NCBI GenBank assembly: GCA_965223505.1
Contig: CBDCWP010000040.1
Location: 47,233 to 111,232 of the forward strand
DNA length: 64,000 bases
Direction: 5' to 3'
Source: Planctomycetota bacterium
GTDB taxonomy: Bacteria > Planctomycetota > PLA2 > JAEUHO01
Under the pieces are notes generated by a model that ran no database searches, was not told where the DNA came from, and saw only the letters and a program-made list of their open reading frames with translations. Position numbers and translations under genes: made by a program. Below, piece by piece: positions 9,032 to 17,741 of this stretch (the stretch's first letter is position 1; each line of letters opens with the position of its first letter).

Positions 9032-9121
9032 TGGCGGAGAGGACAGGATTCGAACCTGCGATACCGTTTCCGGTATACGCGCTTTCCAAGCGCGCGCCTT
9101 CGACCACTCGGCCACCTCTCC
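9032..9121 (-). tRNA. tRNA-Ser (anticodon GGA), class II with long variable arm, CCA encoded
   Basis: The reverse complement reads GGAGAGG-UGGCCGAGUGGUCGAAGGC-GCGCG-CUUGGAAA-GCGCG-long variable arm (UAUACCGGAAACGGUAUC)-CAGGUUCGAAUCCUG-CCUCUCC-G-CCA. The 7-bp acceptor stem pairs perfectly and the anticodon loop UUGGAAA gives GGA. Confidence 0.92.
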
Positions 9122-9193
9122 GCGCCACGGATGTCTGCGGAAGGATAGCGCCCAATCCCCGGGTCGCCCCGTTCGGATCGCGCCGGGGGCGCG

Positions 9194-10681
9194 CTACGCC
9201 TGGCGGAAGATGCCCGTGAGGTTGGAGTCGAGACCGGCCCGGAACACCAGGATGCCGTTCGCGACGCTGTAGCCGAACGCGGCGACGAACGGCGCGAAGT
9301 TGTCACCGTTGGGCGCCGGATCACCGTCCGCGGCGATCACGAACGGGCCGAAGGACGCGAAGATCCAGAACAAGCCGCTGCGGGCGTTCGAGAGCACGTT
9401 GGCGAAGGCGAACGACGCGTCGCGCGAGACCTGGTGATAGAGGCGCGAGCTGAGCCCCGGGAACACCGAGCTGTATGTCGTGCCCACCCCGAACTGCGCC
9501 GGCGCCGCGCGCACGTTGGAGATCGATGGGAACGGCGGCAACGACAGGTTCGTGATGACGAACGCCGAGAACGTGACCGGCGGCGCGCCGTTCACATCCG
9601 CGGTGAACTGGGGGATCACGGTGTCCGGCGACATGTCGAGCAGGTCGATCTGCCCGTACGTGCCCGAGCTGCCGGCGATGGCCAGCCCGGTGCGCACCAA
9701 CAGCTGCACGGCGGTGTTGTTGCCGATGAAGACGAGATCGTCGTTGGCCGAGTCGGATCCCGTCGCGGCCCAGACGACGGAGCCGGAGCCGTACACGACC
9801 AGCGGTCCGCCGCTGTAGACGTCGTCCACGGTTCCGCCGGTCGGCAGCGCCTCGCCGGCGGAAAGCACCTCGTCGAGCGGTACCTGGCCCGGTGCGGTCA
9901 CGTACAGCCGCTCGACGCCGCCGACGACGGACGCCACGAACGCGACCTGCGTCCCCAACCGGTCGATGCCGAAGACCGTCAGCGTGTCCAGCGTCTGCGC
10001 GCCCGGCAGAGCGTCGCCCTCGCCGATCGTGCGCGTGATGCCGCTGCCGTCGCACTCGATCGAGAAGAGATCGGTCTCGCCGTTGTCCAGGTTGGCGAGG
10101 AAGAAGAACGTGGCGCCTTCGTCGACCTTCGCCTCGTCCGAGTCGAGCGCGAACAAGGCGCCCGTCGCCGGCGGCAACGCGTCGCCGTCGTAGACGACGT
10201 CGTGGATCTGCGTCACGGCGCCCGCGAGCGTCACGACCGCGGACAGCACCCCGAAGGTGCGGCCGCCCGTATTCGGATTGAGCACGACGTAGGCGACGAC
10301 CTTGCCGCCCGGGCGCACCCAGACGCGGCCGAAGTCGGCGATCGTCTCGTCTCCGGCGTCCGGGACGGCCTCGCCGACCGCGAACACCTCGACGAGGCCG
10401 GCGCCCGGCAGCGCGGCGTACAGCACGGAGGTCTTCGTCGCGTGCGTCGTCGGCGCGACGAACACGGAGAAGCCGTCGTCGGCGGCATCCATGCGCGGCT
10501 GCGTCGGGAACGCGCCGAAGACCCCGCCGCCGTTCGGAATCGGATCGCCCTCGACGGCCAGCGCCACGAGCACGCCGGGCAGGCCGGGCACCGTGCCGGC
10601 ATCGCCGCCACCGCCGCCGCAGGCCGGCAAGAGCGCCGCCGACGCCAGCAAGACCGCGAACAGCGCAGTGGAGACTCTCAC
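9194..10681 (-). CDS. Lipoprotein with repeated xxGxxAF/VF beta-strand motifs (NxxGxxAF-repeat-like)
   Basis: I place the start at GTG 10681, preceded by GAGGAGGA. The lipobox is LLASAALLPAC followed by GGGGG. Recurring segments include DRLGTQVAFVA, RPGGKVVAYVV, ADDGFSVFVA, RDASFAFA and ANGILVFRA. Confidence 0.6.
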   Translation of the reverse strand: MRVSTALFAVLLASAALLPACGGGGGDAGTVPGLPGVLVALAVEGDPIPNGGGVFGAFPTQPRMDAADDGFSVFVAPTTHATKTSVLYAALPGAGLVEVFAVGEAVPDAGDETIADFGRVWVRPGGKVVAYVVLNPNTGGRTFGVLSAVVTLAGAVTQIHDVVYDGDALPPATGALFALDSDEAKVDEGATFFFLANLDNGETDLFSIECDGSGITRTIGEGDALPGAQTLDTLTVFGIDRLGTQVAFVASVVGGVERLYVTAPGQVPLDEVLSAGEALPTGGTVDDVYSGGPLVVYGSGSVVWAATGSDSANDDLVFIGNNTAVQLLVRTGLAIAGSSGTYGQIDLLDMSPDTVIPQFTADVNGAPPVTFSAFVITNLSLPPFPSISNVRAAPAQFGVGTTYSSVFPGLSSRLYHQVSRDASFAFANVLSNARSGLFWIFASFGPFVIAADGDPAPNGDNFAPFVAAFGYSVANGILVFRAGLDSNLTGIFRQA

Positions 10682-10771
10682 GACATCCTCCTCAATGCAG
10701 GTCGGCGCCTGCCGTCGCCCCACCGGGATCACGCGGCCGAGCGGGCCGCCAGAGGTCGCGCGCGGCGCCCC

Positions 10772-11824
10772 CTACTTGAAGCTCTCGTTGATCTCGTCGA
10801 GCTGTTCGCGTGTCGGGCGCACCTTCTCCAGCGGCAGCGTGGCGAGCGGCTCGTCCGGCAGCTCGGCCACGTCGGGCATGGTCGGCACGTCCGGGTCGAC
10901 GTAGATGAGCCCCGTGAGGAACTCGTCTTCGTTCTGGTAGTCGCGGGCGAGCAGGTCGAGCGCGGCCTGCTTGTCGCGCGGATCGTGGTTCTCTTCCTCG
11001 AGGCGGCGAATCCAGACACTGCCGCCGTCGGGCATCGGAACCGAGACGGCCTCGCCGTCCTTGAACTCCTGCTCGGGCTGCTCCCAGTACGGCACGAAGC
11101 CGACCTCGTGGACGGCGCCTTCGTGGTCGCGGCCCCAGTCGTACGACTTCGTGGAGCCCTCGTGGTTGTTGAACGTGACGCAGGGGCTCATCACGTCGAG
11201 CATGCAGGTGCCGCCGTAGGCGATCGCCGCCTTGAGGATCTGCAGGAGCTGCTTGCGGTCCGCGGAGAACGAGCGCGCCACGAACCCGCAGCCGAGGCTG
11301 ATCGCCATCGCGCACAGGTCGATGGCCGGCAGGTCGTTGAGCGTGCCGTTCTTGAGCTTGCTGCCCTCGTCGGCGGTCGCCGAGAACTGGCCCTTGGTGA
11401 GTCCGTAGACGCCGTTGTTCTCGACCACGTAGATGCACGGGACGTTGCGGCGCATCATGTGGACGAACTGGCCCATGCCGATGGACGCGGTGTCGCCGTC
11501 ACCCGAGATGCCGATGCTCACGAGCTGCCGGTTGGCCATGTTCACGCCCGTCGCGATGGACGGCATGCGCCCGTGGACGGAGTTGAACCCCCAGGCGCCG
11601 TTCAGGAAGTAGGCCGGGGTCTTCGACGAGCACCCGATGCCCGAGAGCTTGGCGACCATGTGCGGCTCGACGCCCATCTCGTAGAACGCCGAGATGATCG
11701 TGTTTGTGATGACGTCGTGTCCGCAGCCCTTGCAGAGCGTGGACTGTCCGCCGCGGTACTCCTGGACCGTCAGACCGATGCGATTCGTCTTCGGTCCCGG
11801 TTTCTTGGCAGCCGGCGCGGTCAT
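10772..11824 (-). CDS. korB: 2-oxoacid:ferredoxin oxidoreductase, beta (TPP-binding) subunit
   Basis: 350 aa with CKGCGHD, ISGDGDTASIGMGQFVH and VVENNGVYGLTKGQ. It overlaps the korA stop by 4 nt. Confidence 0.88.
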   Translation of the reverse strand: MTAPAAKKPGPKTNRIGLTVQEYRGGQSTLCKGCGHDVITNTIISAFYEMGVEPHMVAKLSGIGCSSKTPAYFLNGAWGFNSVHGRMPSIATGVNMANRQLVSIGISGDGDTASIGMGQFVHMMRRNVPCIYVVENNGVYGLTKGQFSATADEGSKLKNGTLNDLPAIDLCAMAISLGCGFVARSFSADRKQLLQILKAAIAYGGTCMLDVMSPCVTFNNHEGSTKSYDWGRDHEGAVHEVGFVPYWEQPEQEFKDGEAVSVPMPDGGSVWIRRLEEENHDPRDKQAALDLLARDYQNEDEFLTGLIYVDPDVPTMPDVAELPDEPLATLPLEKVRPTREQLDEINESFK

Positions 11825-13662
11825 GACGCGCTCCCTTCCTGCGAGAGGATCTCATCGGTGACGGTGCGGGCGTCCAACGGCAACCCGCCGTAGTAGCGAA
11901 CCGAACGAAGGCGCGACACGAGCTCCGGGAACTCCGTCTGCAGCATCGTGCGCATCTGTCCGTCACGGTTCTGCTCGACGACGTACACCCGCTCGTGCGC
12001 CAGCACCCACTCGCGAATCGAATCGGCGAACGGGAACCCGCGAATCCGCAGGTAGTCCACGTCCAGGTTGTTCTCGTTGCGCAGCTGATCGCGCGACTCT
12101 TCGACGGCGTCGTCGCTCGTCCCGAACGCGATCACGCCGACCGGATTGCCCGACCCCTCGGTCACCGGGCCGGGGACCATCTCGGCGGCCGTCCCGAGCT
12201 TGCGCTTGAGGCGGTCCACGTTGAACGCGTACGCCTCGTCGCTCTCCGTGTAGCGGGCATACTCGTCGTGGCCCGAGCCGCGCGTGAAGTACGCGCCCTT
12301 GCCGCCGGGGGTCCCGGGCAGCGTCCGATAGGGAATGCCGTCGCCGTCCACGTCCTTGTAGCGGCCCCAGTCTTCGACCTCCGCCAGACCCTTCTCGTCG
12401 AGCACCTTGCCGCGGCTGATGCCGTCCTCCGGGTACTCGAAGGGCTCGGCCATCCACAGGTTCATGCCGAGATCGAGATCCGACATGACGAACACGATGG
12501 TCTGCAGGTCCTCGGCGAGATCGAGCGCCTTGCCGGCGAACTCGTACGCCTCCTCGATGTTCGCGGGATACAGGCACGGATGCCGCGTATCGCCGTGGGA
12601 GAGATACGCCGTCGAGATGATGTCGCCCTGCATCGTGCGCGTCGGCAGGCCCGTGCTGGGCCCCGTGCGCTGCACGTTGAAGATGACGCCGGGGATCTCC
12701 GCGTAGTAGCCGAGGCCCACGAACTCCGACATCAGGCTGATGCCGGGGCCGCTGGTGGCGGTCATGGCGCGCGCGCCGGCCCAGCCGGCGCCGATGACCA
12801 TGCCGACGGCCGCGAGCTCGTCTTCCGCTTGCACGATGGCGATGTTGTTCCTGCCGGTCTCGGGATCGACCCGGTACCTCTTCGACAGGTCGATCAGCGC
12901 TTCCGTCAGGCTGGAGGACGGCGTGATCGGATACCAGGTGGCCACGGTGACGCCGCCGAAGAGCGCGCCGATCGCGCTGGCGGTGTTGCCGTCGACGAGG
13001 ATCTTGCCGGAGGTCTTGTCCATGCGCTCGACGCGGAAGCGCGGGCGGCGCGACTGGATGTTCTCCTGGGCCCACTTCAGCCCGGCCTCGACGGCCTCGA
13101 GGTTGATCGTGAGCGCCTTCGGCTTCTTCGCGAACGCCTTCTCGAGCGCCTTCTTGATCTCCTCGGGGTCGATGCCGATCAGCTCCGCCACGACGCCGAC
13201 GTAGATCATGTTCACCACGAGACGGCGCAGGCTGACGACCGGGCAGATGTCCTTGACGATCTTGGAGAACGGAACGGGATAGAAGTCCACGTCCGTCCGG
13301 AGGCCGTCCAGCCGCAGCGTCTCCTCGTAGATGACGCTGGCGCCGGGGGGCACGCCTTCGACGTCTTCCTTTGCCGTCTGGCTGTTCATGCAGACGACGA
13401 CGTCGATCTCCTTGCGGCGCGCGGTGTAGCCGTCCGCATTGGCGCGGATGGTGAACCACGTCGGCAAGCCGGCGATGTTGCTCGGGAAGAGGTTCTTCCC
13501 TGAGACGGGAATCCCCATCTGGAAGATGGCACGCAGAAGGGTCTGGTTGGCCGTTTGGCTACCGGACCCGTTGACGGTCGCAACCTGAATGGACAGCCGG
13601 TTGACGATCGGCTCCGCGTGTGCCGTCGGAGTGGACTCCGATGCGGTACTGGGCTCGGTCAT
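11821..13662 (-). CDS. korA: 2-oxoacid:ferredoxin oxidoreductase, alpha subunit (fused gamma/alpha type)
   Basis: 613 aa with the typical KorA length and layout. The N-terminal POR gamma-like part reads QVATVNGSGSQTAN and the central pyruvate-flavodoxin OR domain reads WYPITPSSSL...SGPGISLMSE. It is coupled to korB. Confidence 0.85.
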   Translation of the reverse strand: MTEPSTASESTPTAHAEPIVNRLSIQVATVNGSGSQTANQTLLRAIFQMGIPVSGKNLFPSNIAGLPTWFTIRANADGYTARRKEIDVVVCMNSQTAKEDVEGVPPGASVIYEETLRLDGLRTDVDFYPVPFSKIVKDICPVVSLRRLVVNMIYVGVVAELIGIDPEEIKKALEKAFAKKPKALTINLEAVEAGLKWAQENIQSRRPRFRVERMDKTSGKILVDGNTASAIGALFGGVTVATWYPITPSSSLTEALIDLSKRYRVDPETGRNNIAIVQAEDELAAVGMVIGAGWAGARAMTATSGPGISLMSEFVGLGYYAEIPGVIFNVQRTGPSTGLPTRTMQGDIISTAYLSHGDTRHPCLYPANIEEAYEFAGKALDLAEDLQTIVFVMSDLDLGMNLWMAEPFEYPEDGISRGKVLDEKGLAEVEDWGRYKDVDGDGIPYRTLPGTPGGKGAYFTRGSGHDEYARYTESDEAYAFNVDRLKRKLGTAAEMVPGPVTEGSGNPVGVIAFGTSDDAVEESRDQLRNENNLDVDYLRIRGFPFADSIREWVLAHERVYVVEQNRDGQMRTMLQTEFPELVSRLRSVRYYGGLPLDARTVTDEILSQEGSAS

Positions 13663-13699
13663 CTGGGTGTTTGCCGTTCTCGAAGGCGCGTCGCGCCTC

Positions 13700-13731
13700 G
13701 AAAAAACCGGCGGTCTCGAAACCGACCGCCG
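13700..13731 (-). terminator. Rho-independent terminator downstream of the FGGY kinase gene
   Basis: On the minus strand, CGGCGGUC (13731-13724) pairs with GACCGCCG (13715-13708) around an 8-nt loop. The hairpin is followed by GUUUUUUCG, seen as the plus-strand A6 run at 13701-13706. Confidence 0.6.
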
Positions 13732-13819
13732 AACGCCGCGGATTGTACGAGCGGGGCGGACTGCGGCCCGAAAACACAGGGGGCCGTCCGGCGTTTCCGG
13801 GACGACCGCACAGCGCTGC

Positions 13820-15313
13820 TCAGCCGCCCTGCATGTGAAGACCGCGCAGCGCGTTGCGCGCCGCCCGCAGCAGCGTGCCGAGACGCTTCAAACGTTGCAC
13901 CGCCGCCTCGTCGGGCGCCTCGACGGGGCCGGGCTGTACCCACGCCGCGGCCAGGTCCGGGATCGTGGTGTCGGGGCGCGTCATGCACGCAGCGAGCATC
14001 GCCGCACCCTGAGCGGGCCCTTCACGATGCGCGACCTGGCGCACCGGCACGCCCGCCGCCGCGGCGATCAGTCCTCTCCAGAGGGAGGAGGTCGCGCCGC
14101 CGGAAGTGAGCCGCAGCTCCTCCACCTTCACGCCGGCCGCGCGCATCAGAAGCAGGACTTCGGCGATCGAGAGCGCGACGCCCTCGAGCACGGCCCGCGC
14201 GAGATGCCCGCGCGTGTGGATCGGCCGCAGCCCGACGAACGCGCCTGTCGCGAGCGGGTCGACCACGGGGCTGCGCTCGCCGACGAGTCCGGGCAGAAAG
14301 ACCAACGGCGCCGGCGCGGGGTCGCTCGCACGGGCCGCCTCGATCACGTTGGCCATGGACGTGTCCCGCGCGAACGCCGTCTTGCGGATCCACTCGAGCG
14401 AACGCCCCGCCGAGAGGATCGTGCCGGTCGCCGCGTATCCGGTGGGCAGCACGTGCCGGTTCCACACCAGCCCGCCCGCCGTGCTGCGGTACTGATGCCA
14501 GCCGACGACGGTGCCGGACGTTCCGAGGATCACCGCGACCACGCCGCCGCCGACCGGGCCGCACGCCAGCGCAGCCGTCTCGTTGTCGCCCGCCCCGGCG
14601 GCGACCGGTGTCCCGACGGGGAGCCCGGTGGCCGCCGCGCCGTCCTCGTCGACGACGCCCGCCTCCTGCGCCGGAGCGTGGACGGGCGGCAGCCACGAAC
14701 GCGCGAGATCGAAGATCGGTGTGAGGGTTTGCGACCACGTGTTGCGGCGGAAGTCGAACAGCTGTGTCGCCGACGCCTCCGTGCGATCGGTTGCGTACGT
14801 GCCCGTCAGGCGCAACCGGATCCAGTCCTTCGCGAAGACGAGGCGTGCGGTGCGCTCGGCGATGTCCGGATGGCGCCGCGACAGGTAGAGCCATTTCGGT
14901 AGCAACAGCCCGGGCAGCGCGTGCGCGCCCGCGCGCCGGCCGGCGGCGGGATAGATCGATCGAATTTCGTTCGCCTCCGCGTGCGCCCGTCCGTCCGCCC
15001 ACAGCATCGCGCGACAGAGCGGTCGGCCGTTCGCATCGAGCGGAAGGAGTGCGTGCTTTTGCCCGGTCAAGCCCACGGCACGGATCCGCGCCTTCGGTGC
15101 GCTCGCAAGACAGCGCTGGATCGCGGCGACGGTCGCCTGCCACCAACCCTCCGCGTCCTGCTCCGCCTGCAGCGGCGCGTCCATCACCAGCTTCAGACCT
15201 TCCGCGGCCGACGCGAGCGTCGCGCCCCGCGCGTCGACGATGAGCGCCTTCACCGCCGACGTGCCGACGTCGACGCCCAGGAAGGCCTCGTTTTTGGAGC
15301 GGCGTCCCCTCAC
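13820..15313 (-). CDS. FGGY-family carbohydrate kinase (xylulokinase-like)
   Basis: 497 aa with GTG start. Motifs are FLGVDVGTSAVKALIVD, GAGDNETAALACG and SGGATSSLW. Confidence 0.8.
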   Translation of the reverse strand: MRGRRSKNEAFLGVDVGTSAVKALIVDARGATLASAAEGLKLVMDAPLQAEQDAEGWWQATVAAIQRCLASAPKARIRAVGLTGQKHALLPLDANGRPLCRAMLWADGRAHAEANEIRSIYPAAGRRAGAHALPGLLLPKWLYLSRRHPDIAERTARLVFAKDWIRLRLTGTYATDRTEASATQLFDFRRNTWSQTLTPIFDLARSWLPPVHAPAQEAGVVDEDGAAATGLPVGTPVAAGAGDNETAALACGPVGGGVVAVILGTSGTVVGWHQYRSTAGGLVWNRHVLPTGYAATGTILSAGRSLEWIRKTAFARDTSMANVIEAARASDPAPAPLVFLPGLVGERSPVVDPLATGAFVGLRPIHTRGHLARAVLEGVALSIAEVLLLMRAAGVKVEELRLTSGGATSSLWRGLIAAAAGVPVRQVAHREGPAQGAAMLAACMTRPDTTIPDLAAAWVQPGPVEAPDEAAVQRLKRLGTLLRAARNALRGLHMQGG

Positions 15314-15357
15314 GCGCGCACGGTAGCCCCGACGTGCGGCGTCTACAATGCGGGGCC

Positions 15358-16308
15358 ATGTTCCGGCGGACCCTTTCAGCTCTCTTGCTCGTCGCGACCG
15401 CGGCGCCGTTGCATGGCTGCGGCGAGAAAGAGGACGTGCCGCTCCCGCCGCGCCGGCCGATCCGCATCGGCGCCGGACTCGACCAGAACACGGTGCTGCC
15501 CGACGGCCTCCGGCGCAAGACGGTGCTCACGCGCAGCTACAAGCTCGGCGAGAACACCGTCAACATGCACGCGGAACCGTTCTCGCTGCGCCGCTTCGAT
15601 CTCGAGGAGCCCGTCTGGATCGTCCGCTGGCAGTCCAACACGGAGAACGAGGACGGAACGCGCGCGCCGGACGACATCCACTGCCACACGATCATGGCGA
15701 ACATGCCGGTCGTGCAGGAGGATTCGCAGCTGTTCCTCGGGCTCTTCACCGACGGGTTCGTGCCGAGGTTCGTGCTTCCGGAGGGCTTCGCGATTCGCAT
15801 CGACCCGAGCGAGCGCATCTTCTTCCAGCCGATGTTCAACAACCGTCGCCCGACACCGCGGCACGCGCGCATGCGCCTCGAGGTCGACTACCTGCTCGAC
15901 TCCGAGCGCAAGCGCGAGCTCGTCGCGCTGCAGTCGTTCAACATCAGTGCGCACATTCCCGAGCTCTACTGGATCGAGCCGTACGAGACCGACACCCAGT
16001 CACGCATCATCGAGATGCCCGTTACGGGCCGCATTCACGCCATCGGCGCGCACCTGCACCCTTTCGGAAAGTCGGTGGAGCTGCGGCGCGAACGTGACCA
16101 GAAGGTGCAATTCATTGCCGTCATGGACGACGACGGTCCGATCGAAGACCAGCGGCTGAGCACGTACAGCTCGACGACGGGGTTCTTCGTTCGCCGCGGC
16201 GAGCGCTACCGCATCACCGGGGTCTACGAGAACACCTCGGAAGAACGCGTCGACGCAATGGCCGGCTTCTTCTTCCTGTACGATCCCAAGGGCAAGCCGG
16301 ACGCATGA
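15358..16308 (+). CDS. Lipoprotein resembling copper type II (PHM/DBH-like) monooxygenase fold
   Basis: Start chosen at ATG 15358. The lipobox is LLLVATAAPLHGC. Candidate metal-site motifs are IHCHTIMAN, LEVDYL, GAHLHPFGKSV and TSEERVDAMAGFFFLY. The family call is a hypothesis from remembered motifs. Confidence 0.5.
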   Translation: MFRRTLSALLLVATAAPLHGCGEKEDVPLPPRRPIRIGAGLDQNTVLPDGLRRKTVLTRSYKLGENTVNMHAEPFSLRRFDLEEPVWIVRWQSNTENEDGTRAPDDIHCHTIMANMPVVQEDSQLFLGLFTDGFVPRFVLPEGFAIRIDPSERIFFQPMFNNRRPTPRHARMRLEVDYLLDSERKRELVALQSFNISAHIPELYWIEPYETDTQSRIIEMPVTGRIHAIGAHLHPFGKSVELRRERDQKVQFIAVMDDDGPIEDQRLSTYSSTTGFFVRRGERYRITGVYENTSEERVDAMAGFFFLYDPKGKPDA

Positions 16309-16925
16309 CCGCGACGCGCCGCCGCTACGTGCTGGGCGTCTCGCTGGTCGTGTTGGCCGCCGCGCTCCTCGTGCCGACTCTGCTGCGCGACAACGAGCCC
16401 AAGACGCTCGACGTCGAGACGCTTTCGATCGGCGACAGCGTATCGGCGCTGTACACGCTCACCGACCAGGACGAGCTGGAGCGCATCGAGGTCGGCGCGG
16501 GTGAAGTGTCGGTGGTGTGGTTCTGGAGTGTGTTGTGCGCGTGCGTCGGCGACTGCGAGCAACGCATCCGCACGCTGCTCGAGCGCTACGAGGGCAAGCA
16601 AGTCCGCTTCGTCGCCATCGACTCGAACCCGAACGACGCGCGCGAGGACATCGAGAGGCTTCGTAAGAAGCTCGGATCCCGGTACCCGGTGCGGCGGGAC
16701 TACCACGGCGCCACGGCGATCTCGCTGGGGATCACAGCGTCGGCGTCGGTGGCCGTGATCGACGGCGAGGGCCGCTTGCGCTTTCGGGGCGCGATCGACG
16801 ACGACCTGTACGAGCCCACCGTCTCGTACGTGCACCGTGCGATCGACGGGATTCTGTCCGGCGCGACGTTCGAGCCCACCGAGGCGAAACCGTACGGCTG
16901 CCTCTACCCGTACTCGCCACAGTAG
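16305..16925 (+). CDS. Membrane-anchored thioredoxin-fold protein with an atypical CxCxxxC motif
   Basis: 206 aa with an ATGA overlap onto the upstream gene and an N-terminal TM helix. WFWSVLCACVGDC sits where the usual WCxxC would be. The TlpA-like body and the C-terminal PYGCLYPY tail resemble redoxin-family proteins. Confidence 0.65.
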   Translation: MTATRRRYVLGVSLVVLAAALLVPTLLRDNEPKTLDVETLSIGDSVSALYTLTDQDELERIEVGAGEVSVVWFWSVLCACVGDCEQRIRTLLERYEGKQVRFVAIDSNPNDAREDIERLRKKLGSRYPVRRDYHGATAISLGITASASVAVIDGEGRLRFRGAIDDDLYEPTVSYVHRAIDGILSGATFEPTEAKPYGCLYPYSPQ

Positions 16926-16931
16926 CGCCTG

Positions 16932-17741
16932 CTATTCGACGGCGATCAGCTCGACCACGAACGTCAGGTCCGAATACGGCGGGATGTTCCCCTTGTCCTG
17001 CTCGCGATAGGCCAGATGCCACGGAATCCAGAGCTTGCGGGTGCCTCCGACCTTCATGCCGGGGATCCCCAACACCCAGCCGTCGATGAGCCCGCCCTTC
17101 TTCAGCGTCGACGTGAACGGCGCGTCTCGCTTGTAGCTCGAGTCGAAGACCGTCCCGTCTGCGAGCTTGCCGAGATAGTGAACGGTGATCTTGTCACCGA
17201 CCTTCGCCACGTCACCGACACCGACGCGTATGTCTTCGCGTTCGAGCTGAACCCACTCGACGTCGATGATCATGTTGCCGCCCGGCGAATTCTTGTCGCG
17301 GCGAAGGTTGCCGCGGTTGAGCTCCGCGGGGATCAGCAGCCGGCGCAGCTCACGCAGGCGGGCCCCCTCCATGCCCTCGCTCAGACCCTTGATCCAACGC
17401 GACCCGCCGGGCACGAAGTTCGCGACGGCGGCGCGGTCGACGCGCAGCCCGGTCACGAAGTAGGCCGCGTAACGGATGTTCATGGCGCGGCCCTTCCCGA
17501 TCGGTTCGCCCTTGCCCGGGGTCATGACGTGCACGTGCGCGCCGCTCGGCGTCACGAACTTGCGCAGCGGCTCGCCCAGGTCGGGCACGTTGGCGAGATT
17601 CCAGGTGCCGGGATCGCTGCTCGCCGCCGGATCGATCGGCGCATCGGGAAGGCCGCTCGGTTCCGTCTCGCTCTCCTCCGAGCAGGCAACGAGCAGAACC
17701 GCGAAGACGACGGGCAGGAGGATTCGCACGTGCGGGATCAT
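16932..17741 (-). CDS. FKBP-type peptidyl-prolyl cis-trans isomerase lipoprotein
   Basis: 269 aa with lipobox VLLVAC. The C-terminal FKBP domain reads GDKITVHYLGKLADGTVFDSSY...GLIDGWVLGIPGMKVGGTRKLWIP...LTFVVELI. Confidence 0.88.
   Translation of the reverse strand: MIPHVRILLPVVFAVLLVACSEESETEPSGLPDAPIDPAASSDPGTWNLANVPDLGEPLRKFVTPSGAHVHVMTPGKGEPIGKGRAMNIRYAAYFVTGLRVDRAAVANFVPGGSRWIKGLSEGMEGARLRELRRLLIPAELNRGNLRRDKNSPGGNMIIDVEWVQLEREDIRVGVGDVAKVGDKITVHYLGKLADGTVFDSSYKRDAPFTSTLKKGGLIDGWVLGIPGMKVGGTRKLWIPWHLAYREQDKGNIPPYSDLTFVVELIAVE

Noticed and set aside
8987-9193. tRNA-Ser as an integration site for a genomic island
   Set aside because: I found no integrase, no duplicated tRNA 3' fragment and no compositional break on either side. 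The flanking genes look like ordinary chromosomal genes.
9434-11893. 819-aa plus-strand ORF, and similar giants at 30866..33325, 37104..39671, 39317..42340, 11995..13503, 26310..28250 and 13589..14902
   Set aside because: All are antisense to genes with clear conserved motifs. Their products are dominated by Arg/Ala/Gly/Pro/Asp runs with no motifs. They are classic high-GC shadow ORFs.
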